36,527 nt of DNA from a virus. Its lineage: Duplodnaviria; Caudoviricetes. The notes beneath the pieces were generated by a model that was not told the DNA's origin, searched no databases, and saw only the letters and a list, made by a program, of their open reading frames with translations. A program made the translations under genes and the position numbers. The stretch is taken from IMG/VR virus record IMGVR_UViG_3300025513_001263, positions 1-36,527 of that record. One strand, written 5' to 3'. Below, one piece after another: positions 18,775 through 26,550 of the stretch. The number at the start of each line of letters is the position of its first letter. Position 1 is the stretch's first letter.

Positions 18775-18837
18775 GCCCGTGCGGGCGGATCGGACCCCGA
18801 AACCACCCTCAGCATGGTGGTTTCGGGTTGCACGGGC
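18775..18837. other. Intergenic inverted repeat (12-bp perfect inner stem, 8-bp outer stem)
   Basis: cccgaaaccacc 18796-18807 / ggtggtttcggg 18816-18827; gcccgtgc 18775-18782 / gcacgggc 18830-18837. Confidence 0.7.
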
Positions 18838-19047
18838 AAGAGGCCGTCCGCGCCGTCGCTCCGCAATAGGCCGCCATCCGCCTGCGGGTCGTTTCAGAAA
18901 CGTTTAAGAGATTTCAGGGCATCTTCGGAGGCCGGCGGTCGATCTTGGCCGTTCTGGGGCTTCCTACGGGCTCGCCAGCACGCCTGAAACGCCCTTCAGC
19001 CGGATCGCTGCCCGGATTTAAACGCTCTTAAAATCCGGCCTTTAAGA

Positions 19048-19076
19048 TTGACCCGGCACCGGGCGGGCACTATCTC
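19048..19076 (+). promoter_or_regulatory. Putative sigma70 promoter, convergent on muF
   Basis: TTGACC-17 nt-TATCTC with an AT-rich upstream tract; predicted start near 19082-19083. Confidence 0.6.
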
Positions 19077-19082
19077 AATGAA

Positions 19083-19197
19083 GCGACGCGCGTGACACGG
19101 TGAAATTCTCCCGGCCGTAGCACCGCCGCCGAGGCCCTCGGGCCGATAGCAGCGGGAGCGTCATGCGGGGTTACTGGGAGGCCCCGCCGCGCGTCGT
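19083..19197 (+). ncRNA. Putative structured ncRNA abutting the muF stop codon (strand inferred from the promoter)
   Basis: Closing stem 19084-19092/19188-19196, inner stems, and complementary loops CUCCC/GGGAG; no credible ORF. Confidence 0.65.
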
Positions 19198-20421
19198 CTA
19201 CTCCTCCCAGCTACCGAACAGAACCCGTCCGCGCTGCAGCAGGCGCCGCACGTCTGAGCCGTGAGTGCGACGGTATGACGTCACAAACGTTGCTTGACCG
19301 GTTGCGGTCGCTTTCACCGCCGCCCACATCGGCCCGCCGTCGCGCCGCACGACAACGACCGACACGTCACCATCCTGGACGATCAACGTCGGACGCGCGC
19401 CAAGCTCTGGCAGCAGCCGATAGTCGGCCGGCGTCAGGTCCGGATGCTCCCGCAGGTTCTTCGCCAGGGACTCTGGCGACAGGACCGCCACCGGGTTGCG
19501 GGCGCCGATCGCGTCGGCGATCGCCGACGGCAGGCGCAACACCGGCATGGCGTCGGTTGGCTTCTGTAGCTGGCGCGCGAAGTCCGGCGACGACACCACC
19601 TGGCGCAGGGCGGCGTGGGCAACGTCGGGGCGCGCGGCCGCCAGCTTGTCGAGCAGCGAGCGGGTCGCCCCGGCGGCAAGGCCCTGGTCGAGTGTGGCGT
19701 CACGCTTGGCCGCGTCGGCGGCGCGGCCGACGTGATAGCTCCAGCCCGGATCGATTCCCTCCGGGATCTGGATCTCCTCGCCGGTGCGCTTGTTGATCCA
19801 CGGCCGCTCGGTCACCGCCGGCGCCTCGGTCACCCCACCCAACTTGTCGGCCTCACGTGCCGACAGCTGGCGCACCGTGCACCGGCAGTTCCAACCGTTC
19901 GGCGGATAGTGGCTCGACCACCAGTCGTGATCGACCGGCAGCACCGTCCCATGCCACGCCAGGTGCTCGGGCCGCGTGCGGCGGTCCTGCACCGAGACAT
20001 ACCGCAGGAACGGCCGCAGACCCTTGGTGCGTTGGATCTGGTCCCACCGGCCGGCGGCGTAAGACGTGCGCAGGTTCACGTCGAAGATCGTCTTCAGCCG
20101 GCGCGGGCTGCCGAGCTGCACCAGGCGTTCCTTGCCGGTGAGGGGATCCACGACGCGCTGCCGGCCCCACCATCCCTTGGCCTGTAGCGTCGGCTCCAGC
20201 TCCCGGCGGAACTGCTCCAGCGTCGTGCCCTCGCTCAGCGCCCGATCGACAGCGCCCCGGATGTCCTCCAGCACGTCGAGCTGCATGGCCTTCGCGACGG
20301 TGAAGCTCCTGGCATGTTCGCCCTGCCACACGTCCTGCCAGGCGAACGACGGCTTGAAGCCTTTGGCGCGGAAGTAGTCAATCGCCTCCCGTGGCGGCAG
20401 CGGCTTCAGCTCAATCGGCAT
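19198..20421 (-). CDS. MuF (gp30) minor head protein with C-terminal PBECR2-like nuclease domain
   Basis: P.EAI.YFRAKG, AFTVAK-like, L...GWWG, RL.TIF..N, D.RTRPEH, YPPNGWNCRC, GIDPGW.Y; extension KNLREHPDLTPADY...AAVK.T..G...FVTSYRR. Confidence 0.9.
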   Translation of the reverse strand: MPIELKPLPPREAIDYFRAKGFKPSFAWQDVWQGEHARSFTVAKAMQLDVLEDIRGAVDRALSEGTTLEQFRRELEPTLQAKGWWGRQRVVDPLTGKERLVQLGSPRRLKTIFDVNLRTSYAAGRWDQIQRTKGLRPFLRYVSVQDRRTRPEHLAWHGTVLPVDHDWWSSHYPPNGWNCRCTVRQLSAREADKLGGVTEAPAVTERPWINKRTGEEIQIPEGIDPGWSYHVGRAADAAKRDATLDQGLAAGATRSLLDKLAAARPDVAHAALRQVVSSPDFARQLQKPTDAMPVLRLPSAIADAIGARNPVAVLSPESLAKNLREHPDLTPADYRLLPELGARPTLIVQDGDVSVVVVRRDGGPMWAAVKATATGQATFVTSYRRTHGSDVRRLLQRGRVLFGSWEE

Positions 20422-20424
20422 GGG

Positions 20425-22029
20425 TCAGCCGTCCAGGTCGGCGATCGGCGCGTCGAACTCGCCGGCCAGCCGGGCGGCGAAGCCGGCTCGCGCCAGAGCC
20501 TCGGTCACCTCGACCGGATCCATCTGGCCGACCAACTCGGGCAAGCGGTCGCGGAACTCCTCCAGGTTGGTCACCTGGTCGAGCAGCGTGCGGATCGGGT
20601 CGACGACCGGGTCCATCATCTGCTCCCAGTCGCCGAGCACCCCTGCCGCCAGGTCGTCGATCGCATCGTCCTGGCCGGGCTGTGCCGCGGCCAGCTGCTG
20701 TTTGACCTTGCCGGTCGTGTCGGGGGCGTCGATCGCTTCGGCCTCCGGCTCCGCGGCGCCCGGCACCGGCGCCTTCGCTGCGGGCTTCAGCAGTTCCTCC
20801 GTGTCGTCCGGATCCGGCAGGCCCAGCTTGTCGCGCACCACCGCGGAGCCGACCTTGCCGCCCATGCCGACGTACTTCTCGATCAACGGCATCAGCGCGG
20901 TCATGTCGGTCTGATCCGGCAGGCCGATGAACGCCCGCGGATACTTGCCGTCCTTCGGTGGCCCGAAGTTAAGGTCGATGATTGGCTTGACCAGGTCGCG
21001 GTTGATCGGGACCGCTAGGCGCTTGGCGTCGGATTGCTGGATGTCGGTGCGCACCTGGTCGTGCACCTTGCCGACTGCATAGCCGCCGGCGATCGCGTCG
21101 GTGGTGCCGACCTGGCCGAGGACCGCCTTGGACACCTGCTGGTCGAGGAAGTTCGCGAGGCCGCTGAACAGGCCGCCGTCGCCCTTCGATGCCGCCTCGA
21201 CGAACTCCACGGCCATGCTGTCCGGGATGATGCCGGCGGCGTCGTGGCCAAGCTGGGATACGGCGCGCAGTAGGATCCGGCGATCGTCGGCCGTAGTACC
21301 GGTTGGATACTTGCCGAGCCGAAGCGGCTGGCCATAGGTCTCCAGAAATGACACCCAATCCTTGAGGCCGAAGTTCTTGAACAGCCAGGCCCACGCCACC
21401 GGCCGGGCCAGGCCGCCGCGGATCGGGATGCCGGACTTCGCCTGAATGATCGTGGTGATGAACTTGTAGGCGGCGAGCGGCTGCGGCTGACCGTCATCGC
21501 CGCGCAGCCGGATTGTGCGCATGTCCACCTGGTCGAACATGAACCAGCGTGGATCGCGCCACTCCAGACGCTTCGGCCACCATTGCTTGGCAGTCGTCTC
21601 CCACAGGATCTCCACGACGCTGAAGCCCTTGCCGACGGCGTCGAGCATGTCGAACAGCTCGTCTTCCAGTTCGTCGCGGCGCAGCCACTCCCGGATGAAG
21701 TCGGCGTGCTCGATGTAAGGGGCGTTGTCCTCGGCCGCCTCGACGGTGATCTCCAGCTGGGCGACCGCGCGCTTGCGAGCGCCGAGCACGCCGACGTAGT
21801 GCAGATCCTTCTCCTCGATGTCCTCGGCCAGCTCCAGGTACGACACCGGGTCGCCTTCCTCGGAGCCGCGCAGGATGCTGCCCAGGCGCGCCGGTGTGAG
21901 GCCGCGCGACGGGTGCTCGCCGATCGGGCGGCGCACGCCGGCCATTGTCGGGCCGGCCAGCTCATCCAGCAGATCGGCGCGGCGCAGCGGCGTCACACCG
22001 TCCGCGCCAACCAGGATCGGGGTTGCCAT
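20425..22029 (-). CDS. Portal protein, Mu gp29-like (DUF935)
   Basis: GLTPARL..IL...EEKDLH...DAVGKGFSVVEI.W...FLETYGQPLRLGKY...SKAVLGQ. Confidence 0.95.
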   Translation of the reverse strand: MATPILVGADGVTPLRRADLLDELAGPTMAGVRRPIGEHPSRGLTPARLGSILRGSEEGDPVSYLELAEDIEEKDLHYVGVLGARKRAVAQLEITVEAAEDNAPYIEHADFIREWLRRDELEDELFDMLDAVGKGFSVVEILWETTAKQWWPKRLEWRDPRWFMFDQVDMRTIRLRGDDGQPQPLAAYKFITTIIQAKSGIPIRGGLARPVAWAWLFKNFGLKDWVSFLETYGQPLRLGKYPTGTTADDRRILLRAVSQLGHDAAGIIPDSMAVEFVEAASKGDGGLFSGLANFLDQQVSKAVLGQVGTTDAIAGGYAVGKVHDQVRTDIQQSDAKRLAVPINRDLVKPIIDLNFGPPKDGKYPRAFIGLPDQTDMTALMPLIEKYVGMGGKVGSAVVRDKLGLPDPDDTEELLKPAAKAPVPGAAEPEAEAIDAPDTTGKVKQQLAAAQPGQDDAIDDLAAGVLGDWEQMMDPVVDPIRTLLDQVTNLEEFRDRLPELVGQMDPVEVTEALARAGFAARLAGEFDAPIADLDG

Positions 22030-22040
22030 CGACGTTGCTC

Positions 22041-23678
22041 CTACCAGGCCCCGCGCCCGAAGCGGGCGCCGGGCATTTCGTCATCGGTTCCAAAGGCCGA
22101 GGCTTCATCGACCCGGCGGCGCAGCGGAATCGCGGCCTCGTAGCCGAACTCCACGATGCCGGTCAGGGTCGCCACGTAGAAATGCAGTAGCGCCTGGCCG
22201 GCGTCGCCGTGCCGGCGGCCGCCATCGCTGCCTTCGTTGCGAATGTCGCTCGGGATCTTGCCGACGCCGCCGACTACCCGGAACTGACGCAGGTCGTCGC
22301 GGACATCGATGTCGGCCGGGATCGCGATGGTCCTGTCCTGAAAGGCAGCTGTGAACTTCGGCGTGTGCTCCCGGTACCAGGCGTCGTTGGCCATCAACTC
22401 GGTGACCCGATTCGAACCGAACTTCTGGCGCGCCTCCTGGGCCAGCACCATGCCGTTGCCGTTAGCGTCGAGCACCATGCGCTGCAGACGGCTCAGCCGC
22501 TCGCCGATGTAGTAGAGCGCTTGTTTCTGCTGGTCATAGGGGCACTGCCGCAGCTCGACCAACAGCGGCGTGCGCCGCACCAGGTTCTGCGCGGTGTAGC
22601 CGATCACGATGCAGGTCCGGTCCTGGCGCATCGCGAAGTCCTCGCCAATCGCCGTCGGCAGATCCTTCAGCGCGACCAGGTGCGGGCCGACGTTCTCATC
22701 CAGCCAGGCGCGCATTTCGGCCTGGCGCTGGCCTTCGGGCAAATCGACGAATCCTTCGACCGGCGGCTCCCAGCGGGCGACGCGATAGTCCTCGACGCTG
22801 CACGCCTCGATCCATGCCAGCGGCAGCATGACGCCGTCGCCTTCGCGCGGGACCGCGTCCAGCTCCTCGCGCATGGCATCCACCCGGGTGCCGTAGGATC
22901 GCCGCACCTTGCGATACCACTCGGCCTTGGCTTCCGGTGAGGGCGTCCAGTTCCGCAGCAGACACACCCGCTCATAGAGACCGTTGGCGACCGCGTCGTC
23001 GAAGGTGATCCGGTGGATTTTGTAGTCGTATCGCCCCTCCCGGGTCTCTTTGATCAGCTCGTTGAAGGCGTTCAACGTGCCGTTATGGGTGCTGATAATC
23101 CGGATCTTGCCGCCCCAAATCAGCAGCGCATTGCAAGCGTCAATCACAGCTCGCACCTGCGGGTGGAACGCCGCCTCGTCGATGATCACCCGACCCTGCA
23201 GGCCACGAATGTTGGCCGGCCGGCTGGACAGCGCGCAGATCTGGAAGCCCGACGCGAACCGGATCCGATAGGCCTGGATCTGCCGGGAGGTTCCATCGTC
23301 CTGGACGTCGTCGAACAGGAAGTCCTCGACGCTCAGCAGCTCCTTCGCGACGGCACGCGCAAACTTGGCGCAGGTCCCGATGAACTCCAGGCCCTTTTCC
23401 TTGGTGTCGCCGATGTAGAAGGTGTTGTCGCCGCCGGCCGCCGGACTCGCCGCACCGATCAGGGTGCTAGCCAGGGCCTCGGCGAACGTGATGCCGGTTC
23501 GCCGTCCCTTCTCCGCCAGCTTCAAATCGGACTCGTCCGCGACCCAGTCCACCTGGTGGGCCATCAGAATGCCATCCGCCAGAGGATCGAGATCGTCTGG
23601 CGGCAGCACTCCCAGCGGCAAGTCGTCGATCGGCGATCGCGGCGGCGACAGCGCCGTTGTGGCGAGCAGCTCACTCAT
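22041..23678 (-). CDS. Terminase large subunit, Mu gp28-like
   Basis: EKGRRTGIT Walker A, LSSRPANIRGLQG.VIIDEAAFH Walker B, ISTHNG, C-terminal RHGD nuclease motif. Confidence 0.95.
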   Translation of the reverse strand: MSELLATTALSPPRSPIDDLPLGVLPPDDLDPLADGILMAHQVDWVADESDLKLAEKGRRTGITFAEALASTLIGAASPAAGGDNTFYIGDTKEKGLEFIGTCAKFARAVAKELLSVEDFLFDDVQDDGTSRQIQAYRIRFASGFQICALSSRPANIRGLQGRVIIDEAAFHPQVRAVIDACNALLIWGGKIRIISTHNGTLNAFNELIKETREGRYDYKIHRITFDDAVANGLYERVCLLRNWTPSPEAKAEWYRKVRRSYGTRVDAMREELDAVPREGDGVMLPLAWIEACSVEDYRVARWEPPVEGFVDLPEGQRQAEMRAWLDENVGPHLVALKDLPTAIGEDFAMRQDRTCIVIGYTAQNLVRRTPLLVELRQCPYDQQKQALYYIGERLSRLQRMVLDANGNGMVLAQEARQKFGSNRVTELMANDAWYREHTPKFTAAFQDRTIAIPADIDVRDDLRQFRVVGGVGKIPSDIRNEGSDGGRRHGDAGQALLHFYVATLTGIVEFGYEAAIPLRRRVDEASAFGTDDEMPGARFGRGAW

Positions 23679-24250
23679 GTGGGTTTGAGCCGCACGCCCA
23701 GGATGTCCCGGCGCAGCTGCGCCAGGCGCTCCGGCGTCAGGCCCTTGCCCTCTCCGGCGGCAATGGCGTCGCGCGCGGCCTGGTCGATCAGCTTGGCGGC
23801 ATCACGTTTCAGCTTGGCCAGGATCTTCTCTTCGGCATCGAGCGTCGCTTTACGAGCGGTTGAAAGGTCCTTCAGGCCCTTCATCAACAGCATGAACTCT
23901 TCGATCTCGATCCCGCCGTCTTCGCCGGCCTGCTTGTTCATGATCTTGAAAGCGATGGTCTGTGCGATCTGCATCAGGAACCGAACGCTATCGTTATCCT
24001 GCGCGCCGAACTCCTTACCCAACTGTTTGGTGACCGCGCGCATCTTCTCCATGTCGCCGCGCATGTTGGCGGTGGAGACGCTCCAGCGAACCACGGAACT
24101 GCGCGATGGCGTATCGTCCAGGCGCAGCGACGCGAGATACTCCACGACGTCGTCGATCGTGCGGCCTTCGTCGACCAGCAACCGATTGATCTGCTCCAGA
24201 ATAGCCGGATCCAGCCGGGCCATCTTGCTCTTGGGACCAGGCTTAGCCAT
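23675..24250 (-). CDS. Terminase small subunit, Mu gp27-like (DUF3486)
   Basis: SKMARL...I..LL...PSRSSV.R HTH; GLT.E....LRR.ILGV C-terminus; directly upstream of the large terminase. Confidence 0.85.
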   Translation of the reverse strand: MAKPGPKSKMARLDPAILEQINRLLVDEGRTIDDVVEYLASLRLDDTPSRSSVVRWSVSTANMRGDMEKMRAVTKQLGKEFGAQDNDSVRFLMQIAQTIAFKIMNKQAGEDGGIEIEEFMLLMKGLKDLSTARKATLDAEEKILAKLKRDAAKLIDQAARDAIAAGEGKGLTPERLAQLRRDILGVRLKPT

Positions 24251-24259
24251 AGGTCAGCC

Positions 24260-24565
24260 TCACTGGCCCGGCAGGCGAACGCCTGCAGCCCGAAGTCGGC
24301 CCTCGGCTACCGCCAGCCCCTTGTCCGACAGCGTGGCGGTGTACGTGATCCGACTGGGCGTGACGTTCTCGTGCAAGCGGACCAGGCCGGCGTCGCGCAG
24401 CCAGCGCAGCTCGATCTGCAGGTCCTCGCGGGACAGGAAGTGGTTGTGGTACTTCGCGATCATCGACTGAAGCAGGCCCTCGTAGGCGCTGCCGTCCGGC
24501 GCTTCCTTCAGCGACACCAGGACCGTGATCCGCCACTCCTCCTTGACCATCTCGGCGATGCTCAT
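24260..24565 (-). CDS. Mu gp26-like winged-helix protein
   Basis: R...L..L...SREDLQIELRWLRDAGLV...ATL..KGL.VAEG....GV; conserved position before gp27. Confidence 0.8.
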   Translation of the reverse strand: MSIAEMVKEEWRITVLVSLKEAPDGSAYEGLLQSMIAKYHNHFLSREDLQIELRWLRDAGLVRLHENVTPSRITYTATLSDKGLAVAEGRLRAAGVRLPGQ

Positions 24566-24951
24566 GGACTGGCTCCCTTGATTTCGTTCTCGACGAGCAT
24601 GTCCACCTTGCGGCCGATCGCGCTGACCGCCCGATCCATGCCGTTCATCTGACCGACCACCGCCTTGACGTCACCGCGGATCGCTTCGAGCGACACCAGC
24701 AGATTGTTGAAGTCCCGGTGCGACGGGGTTGTCTCGGCCTTCTGCTGCATCAACGAGATGAGCGTCTCGATCCCGTTCAGCCGCTGATCGTGCCGCTCGA
24801 CGGCGAGCTTTCGGGCGTCAGCTTCCTCAGCCAGGTCACCGCGGGTCGGGAAGATGGACCGCAGGTACAACAAGCCGATCGCCAGCAGGAAATTGCCGGC
24901 GACAGATAGCGCGCCCAGCCAGGCGGGAAGCTCTCCGAACCACTCAATCAT
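24562..24951 (-). CDS. Mu gp25-like membrane-anchored coiled-coil protein (DUF2730-like)
   Basis: N-terminal TM segment, coiled coil, ends ...MLVENEIKG; ATG 24951 overlaps the upstream stop. Confidence 0.75.
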   Translation of the reverse strand: MIEWFGELPAWLGALSVAGNFLLAIGLLYLRSIFPTRGDLAEEADARKLAVERHDQRLNGIETLISLMQQKAETTPSHRDFNNLLVSLEAIRGDVKAVVGQMNGMDRAVSAIGRKVDMLVENEIKGASP

Positions 24952-25151
24952 CGCGACGCGCGCTCCCTGTCCTCTTGGCATCGGACGCAGGTGTTCGTTT
25001 CGTAAGCCACGCGCCGAGCCAGCGGGATCTCTTCTCCGCACTCCACGCAGATCTTCGAGGGTGTGACCGGTCGCCGGCAAAGGGCCGACCGCAGCGCATC
25101 AGCGCGGTCGGTTTCTTCGCGAGCCTGGGCGGCGTCGATTATGTCAGGCAC
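24948..25151 (-). CDS. TraR/DksA C4-type zinc finger protein
   Basis: DIIDAAQ...CVECGEEIPLARR...CVRCQE; GTG 25151 after GAGG. Confidence 0.88.
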   Translation of the reverse strand: MPDIIDAAQAREETDRADALRSALCRRPVTPSKICVECGEEIPLARRVAYETNTCVRCQEDRERASR

Positions 25152-25359
25152 CGCCATCCTCGCGATCGGTGGCCGCCTGGATACGGTGATGCAGGGCGTC
25201 GGTGACCTCCTGCAGCTCCGCCCACTCGGCCGGGCTCGGGTCTCTCTTCTCGGCGATTGCTCGCTTGACGGTGTCGGCCGCGGCGATCGCCCGCGGGATG
25301 CCCTCGGCGGCCAGCTCCGCGATCTGAAACCCCAGCGCGACCATCTCAAACGGCGTCAT
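25144..25359 (-). CDS. Small lysis-module hypothetical protein
   Basis: 71-aa ORF coupled on both sides. Confidence 0.65.
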   Translation of the reverse strand: MTPFEMVALGFQIAELAAEGIPRAIAAADTVKRAIAEKRDPSPAEWAELQEVTDALHHRIQAATDREDGGA

Positions 25360-26015
25360 GATCCGGATCCCGCGGCGCTGGTGCCCGTCATCTTGCCAGG
25401 CCCCTCGCGCTGCCGGGCGCTGACATACGAAATCAACTCGACCAACGCCGCCCTAGCGGTGGCCATCGACACAGCCGTTGCGACAGCATCGCCGGATCGC
25501 ACCGCCTCGCTGGCACTGGAGATTGCCGAATAGGTCATCCGATCGAGCCGGGCGACCGCGACGCGCGTGTCCTTGGTGGCGTAGTCGCTTTCGACGTAGG
25601 CAACCGCGGCAACCATGGCCGTGTTGTAGTCGGCCTGCAGAGCGAACATGCGCTGCGCTGGCGACACCGCCTCGGCCTTCGTCAGCTCGTAGGTACTGCA
25701 GGCGATCGGGCCACCGAGCGCCAAGCCGCCGAGCAGCAGGAAGGCCAGCGCCAGTTTCTGGGCGGTCCCGATCACCTGGGCCGGGAAGGTGGACTTCAGA
25801 TCGCCGTCGATCCGGCGCAGGATGTCCATGATGTGCGGCGGCACGAAGTAGTGGACGGCGCCCATCACCAGGCCCACCGCGGCGGTCTGCAGTTCGGCCG
25901 GAATCTCCACGCCGGCATAGGCCAGGGCGCGGGTCAGCAGCCAGGTGGCGATGCCCGACAGGCCGGCTGCCAGGAATTTGCGATCCGGGAGCCAGTGCAA
26001 CTTGATAGCGTTCAC
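25356..26015 (-). CDS. Holin-like membrane protein fused to a lipoprotein-like domain
   Basis: Two N-terminal hydrophobic segments, then KLALAFLLLGGLALGGPIAC lipobox-like motif; GGAGA RBS; follows the endolysin. Confidence 0.65.
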   Translation of the reverse strand: MNAIKLHWLPDRKFLAAGLSGIATWLLTRALAYAGVEIPAELQTAAVGLVMGAVHYFVPPHIMDILRRIDGDLKSTFPAQVIGTAQKLALAFLLLGGLALGGPIACSTYELTKAEAVSPAQRMFALQADYNTAMVAAVAYVESDYATKDTRVAVARLDRMTYSAISSASEAVRSGDAVATAVSMATARAALVELISYVSARQREGPGKMTGTSAAGSGS

Positions 26016-26026
26016 GATCGGTCTCC

Positions 26027-26440
26027 TCAGTAGGACCAGAAGGCCGGGCGCTGGGCGTGGTAGCCCTCCGCCACGGCCATATCGTCGAGGTGGATGAAGC
26101 GCGGGCCGGCGCTGCCGTTCGGCTGCGACACACCGATTCCGGTGAACCCGAACGATCGGGCGCGCTCGACGATCGTCAGCGCTCGAAGGCCGTAGATCTG
26201 GATATCGACGGCGCGGGCGAAAGTGTGCGAGCCAGGCTGCTTCTTCTTACGCTCGGCCGGGTGCGACGGGTGCCGATAACCGCTGGAGATCGGGAACTTG
26301 AAGCCGAGCGCCGTGCGCAGGGACTGCAGCTTGTCCATGAACGCCGGCACGATGATCAGCTCGCCGGTATGTTTGCAGGTCAGCTCCGCCGGCGTGAAAT
26401 TCGGCCAGCCCCAATGCTCCGGAACAGATGGCTTTGACAT
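26027..26440 (-). CDS. Endolysin, peptidase M15 family
   Basis: NFT..EL.CK..G, ISSGYR...H, GSH...AVDI, GFTGIGV, FIHLD zinc-peptidase motifs; start ATG 26440. Confidence 0.9.
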   Translation of the reverse strand: MSKPSVPEHWGWPNFTPAELTCKHTGELIIVPAFMDKLQSLRTALGFKFPISSGYRHPSHPAERKKKQPGSHTFARAVDIQIYGLRALTIVERARSFGFTGIGVSQPNGSAGPRFIHLDDMAVAEGYHAQRPAFWSY

Positions 26441-26450
26441 CGCGTTCGCC

Positions 26451-26539
26451 CTCTCAATGCGAGGGAGCGGGTTATTCCCCCGCCCATGCATTGAGAGTTG
26501 CCGCAATGGCGACAGACATCACTGATGACGTTCGTCACC
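26451..26539 (-). promoter_or_regulatory. Putative late (lysis) promoter plus RBS-sequestering hairpin
   Basis: GGTGACGAACGTCA, 26 nt, AACTCT; 10-bp stem CTCTCAATGC/GCATTGAGAG overlapping the endolysin RBS. Confidence 0.6.
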
Positions 26540-26550
26540 CCTTGGGGAAA

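Noticed and set aside
18571-18987. 138-aa plus-strand ORF crossing the intergenic island
   Set aside because: Overlaps the protease start and promoter, has no RBS, and the sequence is not protein-like
19075-19164. 29-codon minus-strand ORF (MTLPLLSARG...) and a 5-codon plus-strand ORF at 19078 as possible immunity peptides
   Set aside because: No RBS, very short, and they lie within the paired region; the RNA-structure explanation fits better, though peptides are not formally excluded
19083-19197. Element as a true tRNA or a simple intrinsic terminator
   Set aside because: No canonical D-loop, anticodon loop, TTC-containing T-loop or CCA end; no U-tract and too many stems for a terminator
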